Origin: Clostridiaceae bacterium
GTDB lineage: Bacteria > Bacillota > Clostridia > DSM-8532
Length of the DNA stretch: 53,063 nt
Assembly: GCA_012520855.1 (NCBI GenBank)
Contig: JAAYNO010000093.1
Coordinates: 1 to 53,063 of the forward strand
Reading direction: 5' to 3'
In this document: positions 27,005-36,305 of the stretch, piece after piece
Layout: each line of letters starts with the position of its first letter
Position numbering within the stretch: position 1 is the first letter of the stretch
Notes under the pieces: generated by a model
What the model saw: the letters and a program-made list of their open reading frames with translations, nothing else
What the model was told of the DNA's origin: nothing
Databases searched by the model: none
Made by a program: the position numbers and the translations under genes

Positions 27005-29248
27005 ATGTTAAAGATCTTAAAGCATTTTAAACCATATTTATTTTCGATACTATTTATAATCAGCTTACTTGTAGTGCAGGCATTTTGCGACCTTGCGCTT
27101 CCTGATTATATGTCCGATATTGTCAATATCGGTATCCAGCAAGGCGGTATAGCAAATGCCGTACCCGATACTATAAGAAAGTCGGAAGCCGACAGATTGA
27201 CATTATTTATGTCAGAGGAAAACAAGAAGGTTTTTTACGATTCATATGATCTTTTCGTACCCGGCGATGTTAACCAGAAGGATTACGTTGATTATGTCAA
27301 AGATTATCCCCTTCTTTCGACCGAGCCTCTTTATATATTGAAACCAGTCGGAAGCGATAAAATAAACCAATTGGATCAGATCCTCGCAAAGCCGATGATA
27401 ATTGTCTTTGCGGCAACAGATAACAGATTTGGAGATTTGTTCGGAAAAAGCAGCTCTGCTCCTGTTACCAAAGAAGCCCTGGATTCATTTTCAAATCTTC
27501 CGCAAGAAATCAGAACCGGGATTCTAAATAAGATCGATGAAATGCTCGCCCCGCTTTCCCAAAGCATGATCACCCAATCGGCCATTGAATATATAAAAGT
27601 TGAGTATAAGGCTATAGGAATCGACACAAATAAGTTACAGGTAAAATATCTCATCCTATCCGGTCTAAAAATGCTTGGAGTTGCGCTTCTCAGTATGACA
27701 GCAACTATATTTGTTGCATTGACCGGTACAAGAGTGGCTGCCGGCCTTGGAAGGGATCTGAGGTCAGATGTGTTTAAGAAGGTTGAGAGCTTTTCCAGTG
27801 TCGAGTTCGATAAATTCTCGACCGCTTCACTTATAACAAGAACAACCAATGACATTCAGCAGGTACAGATATTTACGGTAATGCTGCTAAGAATAGTGTT
27901 CTATGCCCCGATCCTGGGTTTTGGAGGAGTTTTGAAGGTACTGTCCACCCGTACCAATATGGGCTGGGTCATCGCAGTGTCAGTTTTCGTAATCATGTCC
28001 ATTGTAATAATCATGTTCAGTATAGCCATACCTAAGTTTAGAATAGTCCAGAAGCTTGTTGATAAGCTAAATCTTGTAACAAGGGAAAATCTCACGGGTC
28101 TTATGGTCATTCGTGCCTTCAATACACAAAAACATGAAGAAGAACGTTTTGATAAAGCCAATATGGATCTGACTAAAACAAATCTTTTTATTAACCGAAC
28201 CATGTCCCTGATGATGCCTCTTATGATGCTTCTAATGAACTGCGTGTCCCTGCTGATCATATGGGTTGGAGCTCACAGAGTTGACAGCGGTGCAATGCAG
28301 GTAGGCGATATAATGGCTTTTATTTCATACGCAATGCAGATCATCGTATCATTTCTCATGATATCGATGGTTTCCATCATGCTTCCCCGTGCTTCTGTCT
28401 CTGCAGAACGTATTGCAGAGGTTCTTGATGTTGAACCCTCAATAAAGGATCCTGAGACAAAAAAACTATTCGATCCGTCACTTAAGGGTCAGGTCGAATT
28501 TAAAGATGTCTCCTTCCGTTATCCCGGAGCCGATGATTGCGTTCTGGAAGACATTTCATTTATTGTAGAAAGGGGTAAAACGACTGCTTTTATCGGAAGC
28601 ACAGGCAGCGGAAAATCAACCCTGATCAATCTTATTCCCCGCTTTTATGACGTCACCAAAGGACAAGTGATAGTCGACGGACAGGATGTCCGCGAAGTTT
28701 CTTTAAAAGAATTGAGAGATAAAATAGGCTATATACCTCAAAAAGGTGTCTTATTTTCAGGTACCGTCAAGAGTAACCTTCTTTATGGCATTGACAGTGG
28801 TTCGATAGAAAAAGAGGATGAAGAAAAAATATTGCACAAAGCCGCGGAAATATCTCAGGCACTGGGATTTATCCAGGGGATGCCGGAGGGCTTCAACGCG
28901 CCTGTTTCACAGGGAGGGACCAATGTATCGGGAGGCCAGAAGCAGCGTTTATCCATAGCAAGAGCACTGGTTAAGAATCCTGAAATATATATATTTGATG
29001 ACAGTTTTTCCGCTCTCGATTATAAAACCGACTCCTTATTGAGAAAAGCCCTTAAGTCGGAGCTGGGTGACAGTACCTTGATAATCGTGGCGCAGCGGAT
29101 CAGTACAATTATGGATGCAGATCAGATAATAGTTCTGGACAAAGGAAGAATAGCCGGATCAGGAACCCATAAAGAGCTCCTGGAAAACTGTGAGGTCTAT
29201 CGGGAAATTGCTTCTTCCCAGCTTTCAAAGGAGGAGTTGGCAATATGA
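27005..29248 (+). CDS. ABC exporter permease/ATPase half-transporter (degenerate-site partner)
   Basis: Six TM plus an NBD. Walker A GSTGSGKST, signature VSGGQKQR, Walker B IYIFDDS (Asp where the catalytic Glu is expected). An extra ~165 aa lies between TM1 and TM2. Confidence 0.85.
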   Translation: MLKILKHFKPYLFSILFIISLLVVQAFCDLALPDYMSDIVNIGIQQGGIANAVPDTIRKSEADRLTLFMSEENKKVFYDSYDLFVPGDVNQKDYVDYVKDYPLLSTEPLYILKPVGSDKINQLDQILAKPMIIVFAATDNRFGDLFGKSSSAPVTKEALDSFSNLPQEIRTGILNKIDEMLAPLSQSMITQSAIEYIKVEYKAIGIDTNKLQVKYLILSGLKMLGVALLSMTATIFVALTGTRVAAGLGRDLRSDVFKKVESFSSVEFDKFSTASLITRTTNDIQQVQIFTVMLLRIVFYAPILGFGGVLKVLSTRTNMGWVIAVSVFVIMSIVIIMFSIAIPKFRIVQKLVDKLNLVTRENLTGLMVIRAFNTQKHEEERFDKANMDLTKTNLFINRTMSLMMPLMMLLMNCVSLLIIWVGAHRVDSGAMQVGDIMAFISYAMQIIVSFLMISMVSIMLPRASVSAERIAEVLDVEPSIKDPETKKLFDPSLKGQVEFKDVSFRYPGADDCVLEDISFIVERGKTTAFIGSTGSGKSTLINLIPRFYDVTKGQVIVDGQDVREVSLKELRDKIGYIPQKGVLFSGTVKSNLLYGIDSGSIEKEDEEKILHKAAEISQALGFIQGMPEGFNAPVSQGGTNVSGGQKQRLSIARALVKNPEIYIFDDSFSALDYKTDSLLRKALKSELGDSTLIIVAQRISTIMDADQIIVLDKGRIAGSGTHKELLENCEVYREIASSQLSKEELAI

Positions 29249-31116
29249 GTGAAAACAAAAGTAATCTCAACCCAAAGCCTGTAAGAAGAGGACCGGGCGG
29301 CGGACCTATGGGGCGTATGGTTCCCGGTGAAAAACCTAAAGACTTTAAAAAGACCTTCGATACTCTCTTAAGATATCTAAAGCCTTATCACCTATCGATA
29401 TTATTGACCTTAATATTTGCAGGCTGCAGCGCGACATTCTCCATTATTGGTCCCAAGGTCATCGGAAATGCGGTCACAGAGCTTTATAAAGGCCTTGTGA
29501 GTAAGGTTTCCGGTGTGGAAGGTGCGGGAATAGACTTTAAAACTATAGGTAATACCTGTATCTTTCTTTTGGGGCTTTACCTCGTAAGCGCGTTATTTGG
29601 CTTCATTCAGGGCTATATAATGTCAGGCATAGCACAAAAGGTTTCCTACAATCTGCGAAAAGCTATTTTGAAAAAAATAAACAAAATTCCCCTTAAGTAT
29701 TTTGATAAGAATACCCACGGTGAAGTTCTTTCAAGGGTCACCAATGATGTTGATACCGTAAGTCATACTCTGAATCAAAGTCTTCCTCAGATCGTTTCGT
29801 CTGTAACATTAATAATCGGTATCCTTTTTATGATGTTTTCGATCAATTGGGTCATGACTTTGGCTTCACTTTTGATCCTGCCGTTCTCTACCATATTTAT
29901 AGCCTTCGTAGTCAAAAAGTCGCAAAAACACTTTAAAGCACAGCAGGAATATCTGGGCCATTTAAACGGACATGTTGAAGAAATGTATGGCGGTCATATA
30001 ATCATGAAGGCCTTTAATGGTGAAGAACGATCCATCAGAAAGTTCGAGGAATTAAATGATACCTTATACAGCTCGGCATGGAAAAGCCAGTTCCTGTCCG
30101 GCATGATGCATCCTATAATGAGCTTTGTGGGCAATCTGGGTTATGTCATGATTGCTATTCTCGGCGGATACCTATCAATGAACAATGTGATTCAGGTTGG
30201 CGATATTCTGTCTTTCATCCAATATGTAAGACAACTGACACAGCCTTTAGCTCAGGGAGCACAGATAGCTAATATACTTCAGTCAACCATAGCGGCTGCT
30301 GAAAGAGTCTTTGAATTTCTCGATGAGCCGGAGGAAGCTCCCGATCCCGAAAATTCGGTGATATTAACAGAACCACGCGGTGAAGTCTCTTTCAAAAATG
30401 TCAGCTTTGGCTATGACCCTGAAAAAATAATCATAAAGGATTTAACCGCTGATATAAAGCCCGGACAAAGGATTGCAATCGTTGGTCCCACTGGAGCAGG
30501 TAAAACAACCCTGGTAAAGCTTCTTATGCGTTTCTATGATATTAACAGCGGCTTGATCACCATCGACGGACACGATATTAAAAGCTTTAAGCGCGAAGAT
30601 CTTCGCAGCTTATTCGGTATGGTTCTGCAGGATACATGGCTCTTTAGCGGAAGCATTATGGAAAATATCCGCTACGGAAATCAAGGCGCTTCTGACGAAG
30701 AAGCTGAAGCTGCTGCCAAAGCCGCCCATGCCCATCATTTCATCAGAACAGTACCTGACAGCTATAATATGATATTAAACGAGGAAGCAAGCAATGTCAG
30801 CCAGGGACAAAAGCAGCTTCTGACTATTGCCAGAGCGATCTTGTCCGATCCGAAAATACTTATATTGGACGAGGCTACCAGCTCAGTTGACACACGTACC
30901 GAAATACTTATACAAAAAGCTATGGATAACCTTATGAAAGGCCGGACCAGTTTTATTATCGCCCACCGTCTTTCAACCATTCGTGACGCAGATCTGATTC
31001 TTGTTATGAAGGACGGCGACATAGTTGAACAGGGCAGGCACGAAGAACTGCTTCAAAAGGACGGCTTTTACGCAACCCTCTATTACAGCCAGTTCGAAAC
31101 GACAAATGCAGGCTGA
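29245..31116 (+). CDS. ABC exporter permease/ATPase half-transporter (consensus-site partner)
   Basis: Overlaps the upstream gene (ATGA). Walker A GPTGAGKTT, signature VSQGQKQL, Walker B ILILDEATS with the catalytic Glu present. Confidence 0.85.
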   Translation: MSENKSNLNPKPVRRGPGGGPMGRMVPGEKPKDFKKTFDTLLRYLKPYHLSILLTLIFAGCSATFSIIGPKVIGNAVTELYKGLVSKVSGVEGAGIDFKTIGNTCIFLLGLYLVSALFGFIQGYIMSGIAQKVSYNLRKAILKKINKIPLKYFDKNTHGEVLSRVTNDVDTVSHTLNQSLPQIVSSVTLIIGILFMMFSINWVMTLASLLILPFSTIFIAFVVKKSQKHFKAQQEYLGHLNGHVEEMYGGHIIMKAFNGEERSIRKFEELNDTLYSSAWKSQFLSGMMHPIMSFVGNLGYVMIAILGGYLSMNNVIQVGDILSFIQYVRQLTQPLAQGAQIANILQSTIAAAERVFEFLDEPEEAPDPENSVILTEPRGEVSFKNVSFGYDPEKIIIKDLTADIKPGQRIAIVGPTGAGKTTLVKLLMRFYDINSGLITIDGHDIKSFKREDLRSLFGMVLQDTWLFSGSIMENIRYGNQGASDEEAEAAAKAAHAHHFIRTVPDSYNMILNEEASNVSQGQKQLLTIARAILSDPKILILDEATSSVDTRTEILIQKAMDNLMKGRTSFIIAHRLSTIRDADLILVMKDGDIVEQGRHEELLQKDGFYATLYYSQFETTNAG

Positions 31117-31158
31117 CATGATTGTTTTATACGTATTGTTTGATTTAATGCGTCGCAG

Positions 31159-31291
31159 TGAGTAACGGGGACGGTTCTTTTTACTCATTTTGCAGTTTGA
31201 GTAACGGGGACGGTTCTTTTTACTCATTTTGCAGGGGCGACATCGGTCGTCCGAATGAGTAACGGAGATGTCCCTTTCACTCATTCTGAAG
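31159..31291 (+). repeat. Three tandem copies of a ~37-nt hairpin repeat (TGAGTAA-N15-TTACTCA with a GGGGACGGTTC core)
   Basis: Copies at 31159..31195 and 31198..31234 are identical. A diverged copy lies at 31256..31291 and overlaps the ABC-F stop codon. Confidence 0.75.
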
Positions 31292-33172
31292 TGAAAGCCA
31301 TTGTGAGATCAGCTCTTCGTGCTGCGCTTCCAGTTCCTTCTTCTCTGCCAGAAGCTCGCTCAAACGCTCATAGTCTGTGGCATACATCTCCATCTCTTCC
31401 TCTATCTCACTTAAGCGATGCTCTGTAAAGGCTATATCCTCTTCGGTCTTATTAAGCTTTTTTTCTATAGCCTTTGGACTAGGCTTTCTGATACGGCTAT
31501 CGGATCTGACCTTCAAAGTCTTGGCTTTATTATTTTCTGAGCCTTGTTTTTGCTGTGCTTGATAACGTCTCCAATGACGATATTCCTCATAGTCTCCGTC
31601 AAAGACATATAACTTGCCTTCTTCAAGCTCGCATACGCTTTTTGCGAATTTTCTGATAAAATAACGGTCATGAGAAACAAACAGGATTGTTCCCTCGAAA
31701 TCGTCCAGAACCTCCTCCATCCACTCTCTGGAAGCAATATCCAAATGGTTTGTGGGCTCGTCCAGTATCAGAAAATTGACACCCTTCTGCATCAAGAGAC
31801 ATAACTTCAAACGGCTTCTTTCACCACCCGATAGATTTTCCACTGTCTTGAAAACATCATCACCTGTGAAGAGAAATCCGGCAAGCAGATTACGAGCACT
31901 GCCCTCGTCTATTATCAGCTCTCTGCGCACAGTCTCTAGTATTGTGAGCTCAGGCTCATCAAATTGAACTATCTGAGGAAGATAAGCGGTTTTTACACTT
32001 GGGCCCTTCCTCACCATTCCGGCATCGGGATCCAACTCACCCTGGATAATTTTCAGAAGCGTCGTTTTGCCTGTCCCGTTATTTCCTAAAAGCACAAGCC
32101 GGTCACCATTTCTTATCAGCAGATTAATATCATCCAGAATTATTCTGCTTTCATAGCTTTTCCGGATACCTTTTATGCTGAGCACCTCGGCACCGGAGAA
32201 GACATCTGATTTGAATGCCTTTGATAATTTTCTTTCTTTTCGGGGCTTTGGTGTAGCGTCCTTTTGAATTCTGTCCAGCCGCTTTTCCATACTGAATGCT
32301 CGCTTGTGTAGCTTTGGGTTATCGGCTCTTCTTGCCCAGTCATGCATCCTTTTGACAGCGGCCTCTAACTGCTTTATCTTTCTTTGCTCCTGTTCAAATC
32401 TCTTAAGCTGCTCGATCCTTCTCTGCTCCTTTATTATGGCATATTTGCTGTAATTGCCATCATAAGAAACTGCCAGTCCATCTTCTATTTCTATTGTTTT
32501 CTCAGTTATCTTATCCAGAAAATATCTGTCATGGGATATTACGATCACAGTTCCGCTAAAAGTGCTTAAGTATTCTTCCAGCCATTCGACAGCATTGATA
32601 TCCAGATGGTTTGTAGGCTCGTCAAGCAGAAGGATATCAGCATCGGTAAGAATTATTCTTGCGAGGTTTACACGGGTTTTCTCTCCTCCGCTTAAATCTG
32701 AAAATAACCTGTCCTGCATTTCTTTGTCGATGCCTATACCGTTACAGACTTTTTTGATTGAGGTTTCAATAGTATATCCGCCTCTTGCTTCATACTCATG
32801 GAGAGCTTCACCATACTGCTTTATCAATTGAGGCGAATTATCATAAGCCATTTTTGCTGCCATATTATGTATTTTGTCCTTCAGTTCGTATACATCGCAA
32901 AATGCTGAATCCAGGACCTGATATACGGTAGTATCCGGCTTATATTCAGGTATCTGATCCAATACTCCCACCCTTCGTCCTCTGGCCATCTGAAGCTCAC
33001 CTTTATCATACCCCTCTGCGCCGGATATGATTTTAAACAGAGTCGTTTTACCCGCTCCATTTTTTCCGATGAGTCCGACAACAGTATCCTCGAAGATTTC
33101 AAAGGACACGCTCTTGAGAACATGTTGAGTACCATAATATTTATGAATATCTTTTAGAACAATTTCAGCCAT
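31277..33172 (-). CDS. ABC-F family ATPase (Uup/YheS-like, two NBDs plus C-terminal coiled coil)
   Basis: Two NBDs without TM segments: GKNGAGKTT/LSGGEKTR/LLLDEPTNHLD and GNNGTGKTT/LSGGERSR/LILDEPTNHLD. Start at MAEIVLKD sits behind GGAAGGAAA. Confidence 0.85.
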   Translation of the reverse strand: MAEIVLKDIHKYYGTQHVLKSVSFEIFEDTVVGLIGKNGAGKTTLFKIISGAEGYDKGELQMARGRRVGVLDQIPEYKPDTTVYQVLDSAFCDVYELKDKIHNMAAKMAYDNSPQLIKQYGEALHEYEARGGYTIETSIKKVCNGIGIDKEMQDRLFSDLSGGEKTRVNLARIILTDADILLLDEPTNHLDINAVEWLEEYLSTFSGTVIVISHDRYFLDKITEKTIEIEDGLAVSYDGNYSKYAIIKEQRRIEQLKRFEQEQRKIKQLEAAVKRMHDWARRADNPKLHKRAFSMEKRLDRIQKDATPKPRKERKLSKAFKSDVFSGAEVLSIKGIRKSYESRIILDDINLLIRNGDRLVLLGNNGTGKTTLLKIIQGELDPDAGMVRKGPSVKTAYLPQIVQFDEPELTILETVRRELIIDEGSARNLLAGFLFTGDDVFKTVENLSGGERSRLKLCLLMQKGVNFLILDEPTNHLDIASREWMEEVLDDFEGTILFVSHDRYFIRKFAKSVCELEEGKLYVFDGDYEEYRHWRRYQAQQKQGSENNKAKTLKVRSDSRIRKPSPKAIEKKLNKTEEDIAFTEHRLSEIEEEMEMYATDYERLSELLAEKKELEAQHEELISQWLSLQNE

Positions 33173-33217
33173 TATAATTTCCTTCCCATGCCATGGGGTC
33201 ATGCTTGAATTATCCAA

Positions 33218-33250
33218 AATGAGTGAAAAGGACCGTCCCCTATACTCATT
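33218..33250 (-). repeat. Dispersed copy of the GGGGACGG-core hairpin repeat, inverted orientation
   Basis: AATGAGTG-AAAAGGACCGTCCCCTAT-ACTCATT. Covers the stop codon of the DUF2207 gene. Confidence 0.6.
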
Positions 33251-34994
33251 CTATATTAGAAACAAGTGAATTGTTTATTGCTTTAACAGCTTTATAAATA
33301 AGGTCTTTAGCCCTCTCCCAGTGTTTATCATAACACTCTGCTTCAAGAAGCTTGTTTTCGACACCCAAAATAATACCAAATGCCAATAACAATACCGGGT
33401 CTGATATGGTATCAGGTAAGTCATCAATATTAAAATCTTTATCTGATATAAGCTTCCTGAGCTTAATAAGGGTCCGTACTCTTGTCAGCCTGTATTGAGT
33501 TCGCTTCTGGATATTAAGAGCATACCAGAAAAGCAAAAATCCTACAGGGAGCATCAGGTAGCCGGACCAGATCGACATTGCTACAGGCACAATGCAGCCA
33601 GCGGCAAAAAGAATGGCACCCAAAATAAGACACAAGTTCCTATAGTATAGCTGCCCGGGATCCAGAGTATTTTTACTTGCAAAATCATTTTTTATCGTAT
33701 CGGACCATGCTTTGTAGTATCGTGTAAGCTTGACAGAATCAGGCGCTCCTCTTTTGGCAGAAATTCTGCCCGGGCAAAAAGATCCGGTTGTTTCACTAAA
33801 ATCTTTTACACAGTCCAATAAGTGCTGCTCTGTTATGTCAGCATCTTCTATTTCGGCATTCTCTGGTATTTTGAAACTCAGGTGATCCTTCCCCTCATAG
33901 ATGTTGATCTCCATTTCAAGTCTTCCTTTATATACCGAATGGAGCAATCCTGAAAAGAACGCCCGTGCTCCGGCTCTTCCCTTTAATAGAAAACCTGCCT
34001 CAGGCGGGCTTATCTGAGCTATATCCTGCAATTCAAAAGCAGTTTTTTCATTGCCTGCTTTTAATTCCCTGCCTGTTCTTAAAATCGTCAGCATACCCAA
34101 GTATGAAGCAAATAGAGATATGACTGCAAAGAACACTGTCATCCGTTTTCTCATTTTTTCATTCCAGGCTAACCTTCCAACTTCTTTAGCGGCATTTTCC
34201 CTGGCTCTGAGCAGATCAGACTTATCACTTTCCGAGTATTCTTTCTCTTCCTGGGTAAGAGTTTCGGAATAGTTTATATCTTCTGTAACGGGTGCATCTG
34301 AAACCAAATATTCCGGGAAAGCAATGCGAGCTTCCACATATTCGCCGGGGACCGTATTCGGTATTATATAGCTAATGCGCCGTCTGTCACTTATGTTTTT
34401 TTGGCCGACCAGAACACCGTGAAGATAAGATTTTATGTTCTCCTGATTTGTATATTTAGGAAGACGGACGTCAATATTTATACTTGAAATATAACCTTCC
34501 CAGTTCTTAAAAACATGATACCTCTTATATTCCGCAATATCTTTATAACGTTTTATTGCGTTTTTCACCTTATACTGAACTACGAACGTTGCCTGCTGGT
34601 TTGTAAAAGAACCGTAAATCTTAAGCCTGACAAGATCACTTTCCTGTATGGCGCTGTAGGTACCCGTAAAAACATTGGCATCCCATTGCCCTGCCGACAG
34701 TCTTTCACATTTGATGTACTCGGATTTTTTTAATGTATAGACATTTATTATCTCTATCTCTTCATCTTCACGCCTGTCAATCAGTATAACAGCATTATTA
34801 CTGTTTCCCAGATGGCTGTATTTGACTTTTTCCGTGATATCCAGCGTACCGTCTTTTAAAATCTTAACATCAACATCATATGACGATATTATATATCCAT
34901 ACTGCAGCAAAGCCGAAACAGGCACCAGGGATGAAAGTAAAACAATAAAAGGAAGTATTGCTGCTGAAACGAGCTTCAATATTTTGCTTTTCAT
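33246..34994 (-). CDS. DUF2207-like membrane protein
   Basis: Signal/TM, then an extracellular beta-rich N-domain (YDVDVKILKDGTLDITEKV), central and C-terminal TM helices. This layout is typical of DUF2207. Confidence 0.55.
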   Translation of the reverse strand: MKSKILKLVSAAILPFIVLLSSLVPVSALLQYGYIISSYDVDVKILKDGTLDITEKVKYSHLGNSNNAVILIDRREDEEIEIINVYTLKKSEYIKCERLSAGQWDANVFTGTYSAIQESDLVRLKIYGSFTNQQATFVVQYKVKNAIKRYKDIAEYKRYHVFKNWEGYISSINIDVRLPKYTNQENIKSYLHGVLVGQKNISDRRRISYIIPNTVPGEYVEARIAFPEYLVSDAPVTEDINYSETLTQEEKEYSESDKSDLLRARENAAKEVGRLAWNEKMRKRMTVFFAVISLFASYLGMLTILRTGRELKAGNEKTAFELQDIAQISPPEAGFLLKGRAGARAFFSGLLHSVYKGRLEMEINIYEGKDHLSFKIPENAEIEDADITEQHLLDCVKDFSETTGSFCPGRISAKRGAPDSVKLTRYYKAWSDTIKNDFASKNTLDPGQLYYRNLCLILGAILFAAGCIVPVAMSIWSGYLMLPVGFLLFWYALNIQKRTQYRLTRVRTLIKLRKLISDKDFNIDDLPDTISDPVLLLAFGIILGVENKLLEAECYDKHWERAKDLIYKAVKAINNSLVSNIE

Positions 34995-35005
34995 TGGTAC
35001 CTCCT

Positions 35006-36274
35006 TTAAAGTATCATTGAATTATCCTTGTCTTTGGTAACGGGTGAGGCCGTTATTAAAAGATCCTTGATTTTAGAGAAAAACGGCTTATAATCCGCAA
35101 ACAACAGTAAAGGCGCAATTATGGCAGCCCTGTACCGATAATAGGTATCTGCGACATTTTCACTGATAAGCGCGTTTATCAGGCTGTAGGATACTATGAA
35201 TGCCAGGAGTCCTAAAAGAAACGGATCCCACTTAATCAGAGCAAACATTATACCAAACACTGAAATAACCATACAAATATACCATAATATCATCTCAATA
35301 CGTACAACTGTTATGGCTAAAGGATTACATGCAATGTCAGGAATAAAGGGAACTTCTTCCAGATGTGGTTTGGTCAGAAACCCATTTATGGAGTCAGGAA
35401 CATTTTTAGACATTATTGTTTTGAGGATTGAACTTATTTCTTCATCCAGGTTTTCATCACCGCTTGTAGTCCTGTCCATTGTTAATGCGTGATAATCCCT
35501 CATATTATGTCTGACAGTTGTAAAGCTTACAATGCAGCAGGTAATCAGGACAGCAAACAAAAATCCGAATACCATATTCCGCTTAGTATTAAGAAAATAG
35601 AACAAAAGACAGATAAACAAACCTCCCCCAAAGGTGTAGAGCATGTATATCCTTAAGAGTGTACTTAACCAGAGAAGGAGACAAACGGTCAGAATATATA
35701 TCCATTGCCTCAATATTGACCAATCTCTTTGTTTGATGACTCTAAGAGTCATGTACCATATTAAGATAATCAGAAAGAAAATCATGGATTCTTTTCTGGT
35801 ATCAGTTGTCCACACGATCATACTTGGTATGAATAAATAAACAAGCCCAATCAATCTGGATTTTTTTAGACTGAAATTAAGACTTAGTGCGATCCTTGTA
35901 AGGTAATACCCTGACAGAACCGAAATAAACGCATTAATAAAAGATGCCGCATATCTGTTGACTCCGAAGATCGCATACTGGATTCCAGTCAAAACCGTAT
36001 ACCATGTATATTCATAACGTACATTCCATAATGGAGTTCCCGATTGCAGCTGAATTGCCACATCTTTGGCAATTTGATGATAAATAAGACCGTCAGTTCC
36101 CGAATACTCGGTTCCGTTTGCATAAATCACAAAGACAAAAATAAACCTGCATATCAAAGCAAGTTCCGCAAAAGCGATAAACCATAATCTGCCAGGTTTA
36201 TTTTTTAATATCAAAATGCCGACAGCGGCTGTTAAAGCCATAAGCATCAGCATCCACAAAGCATTTTCAAGCAT
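35006..36274 (-). CDS. Polytopic membrane protein, possibly a GT-C-fold glycosyltransferase or polymerase-like
   Basis: About 11 TM segments. First loop reads SGTDGLIYHQIAKD. No firm family motif recognised. Confidence 0.35.
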   Translation of the reverse strand: MLENALWMLMLMALTAAVGILILKNKPGRLWFIAFAELALICRFIFVFVIYANGTEYSGTDGLIYHQIAKDVAIQLQSGTPLWNVRYEYTWYTVLTGIQYAIFGVNRYAASFINAFISVLSGYYLTRIALSLNFSLKKSRLIGLVYLFIPSMIVWTTDTRKESMIFFLIILIWYMTLRVIKQRDWSILRQWIYILTVCLLLWLSTLLRIYMLYTFGGGLFICLLFYFLNTKRNMVFGFLFAVLITCCIVSFTTVRHNMRDYHALTMDRTTSGDENLDEEISSILKTIMSKNVPDSINGFLTKPHLEEVPFIPDIACNPLAITVVRIEMILWYICMVISVFGIMFALIKWDPFLLGLLAFIVSYSLINALISENVADTYYRYRAAIIAPLLLFADYKPFFSKIKDLLITASPVTKDKDNSMIL

Positions 36275-36305
36275 TATGATTCCGAACCTCAGTATTAATA
36301 CAATG

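Noticed and set aside
27376-28260. Minus-strand ORFs of 159 aa and 119 aa inside the first ABC transporter gene. Similar antisense ORFs occur at 11189..11581, 17848..18282, 19139..19546 and 36358..36741.
   Set aside because: Each is fully embedded antisense in a gene with strong family motifs. They have no RBS, and their composition is typical of antisense frames.
31159-31291. Possible CRISPR array
   Set aside because: There are only three units. The spacers are 2 nt and 21 nt rather than unique ~30-nt spacers. No cas genes are present, and the same repeat occurs singly elsewhere. It was classified as a REP/MITE-like repeat instead.
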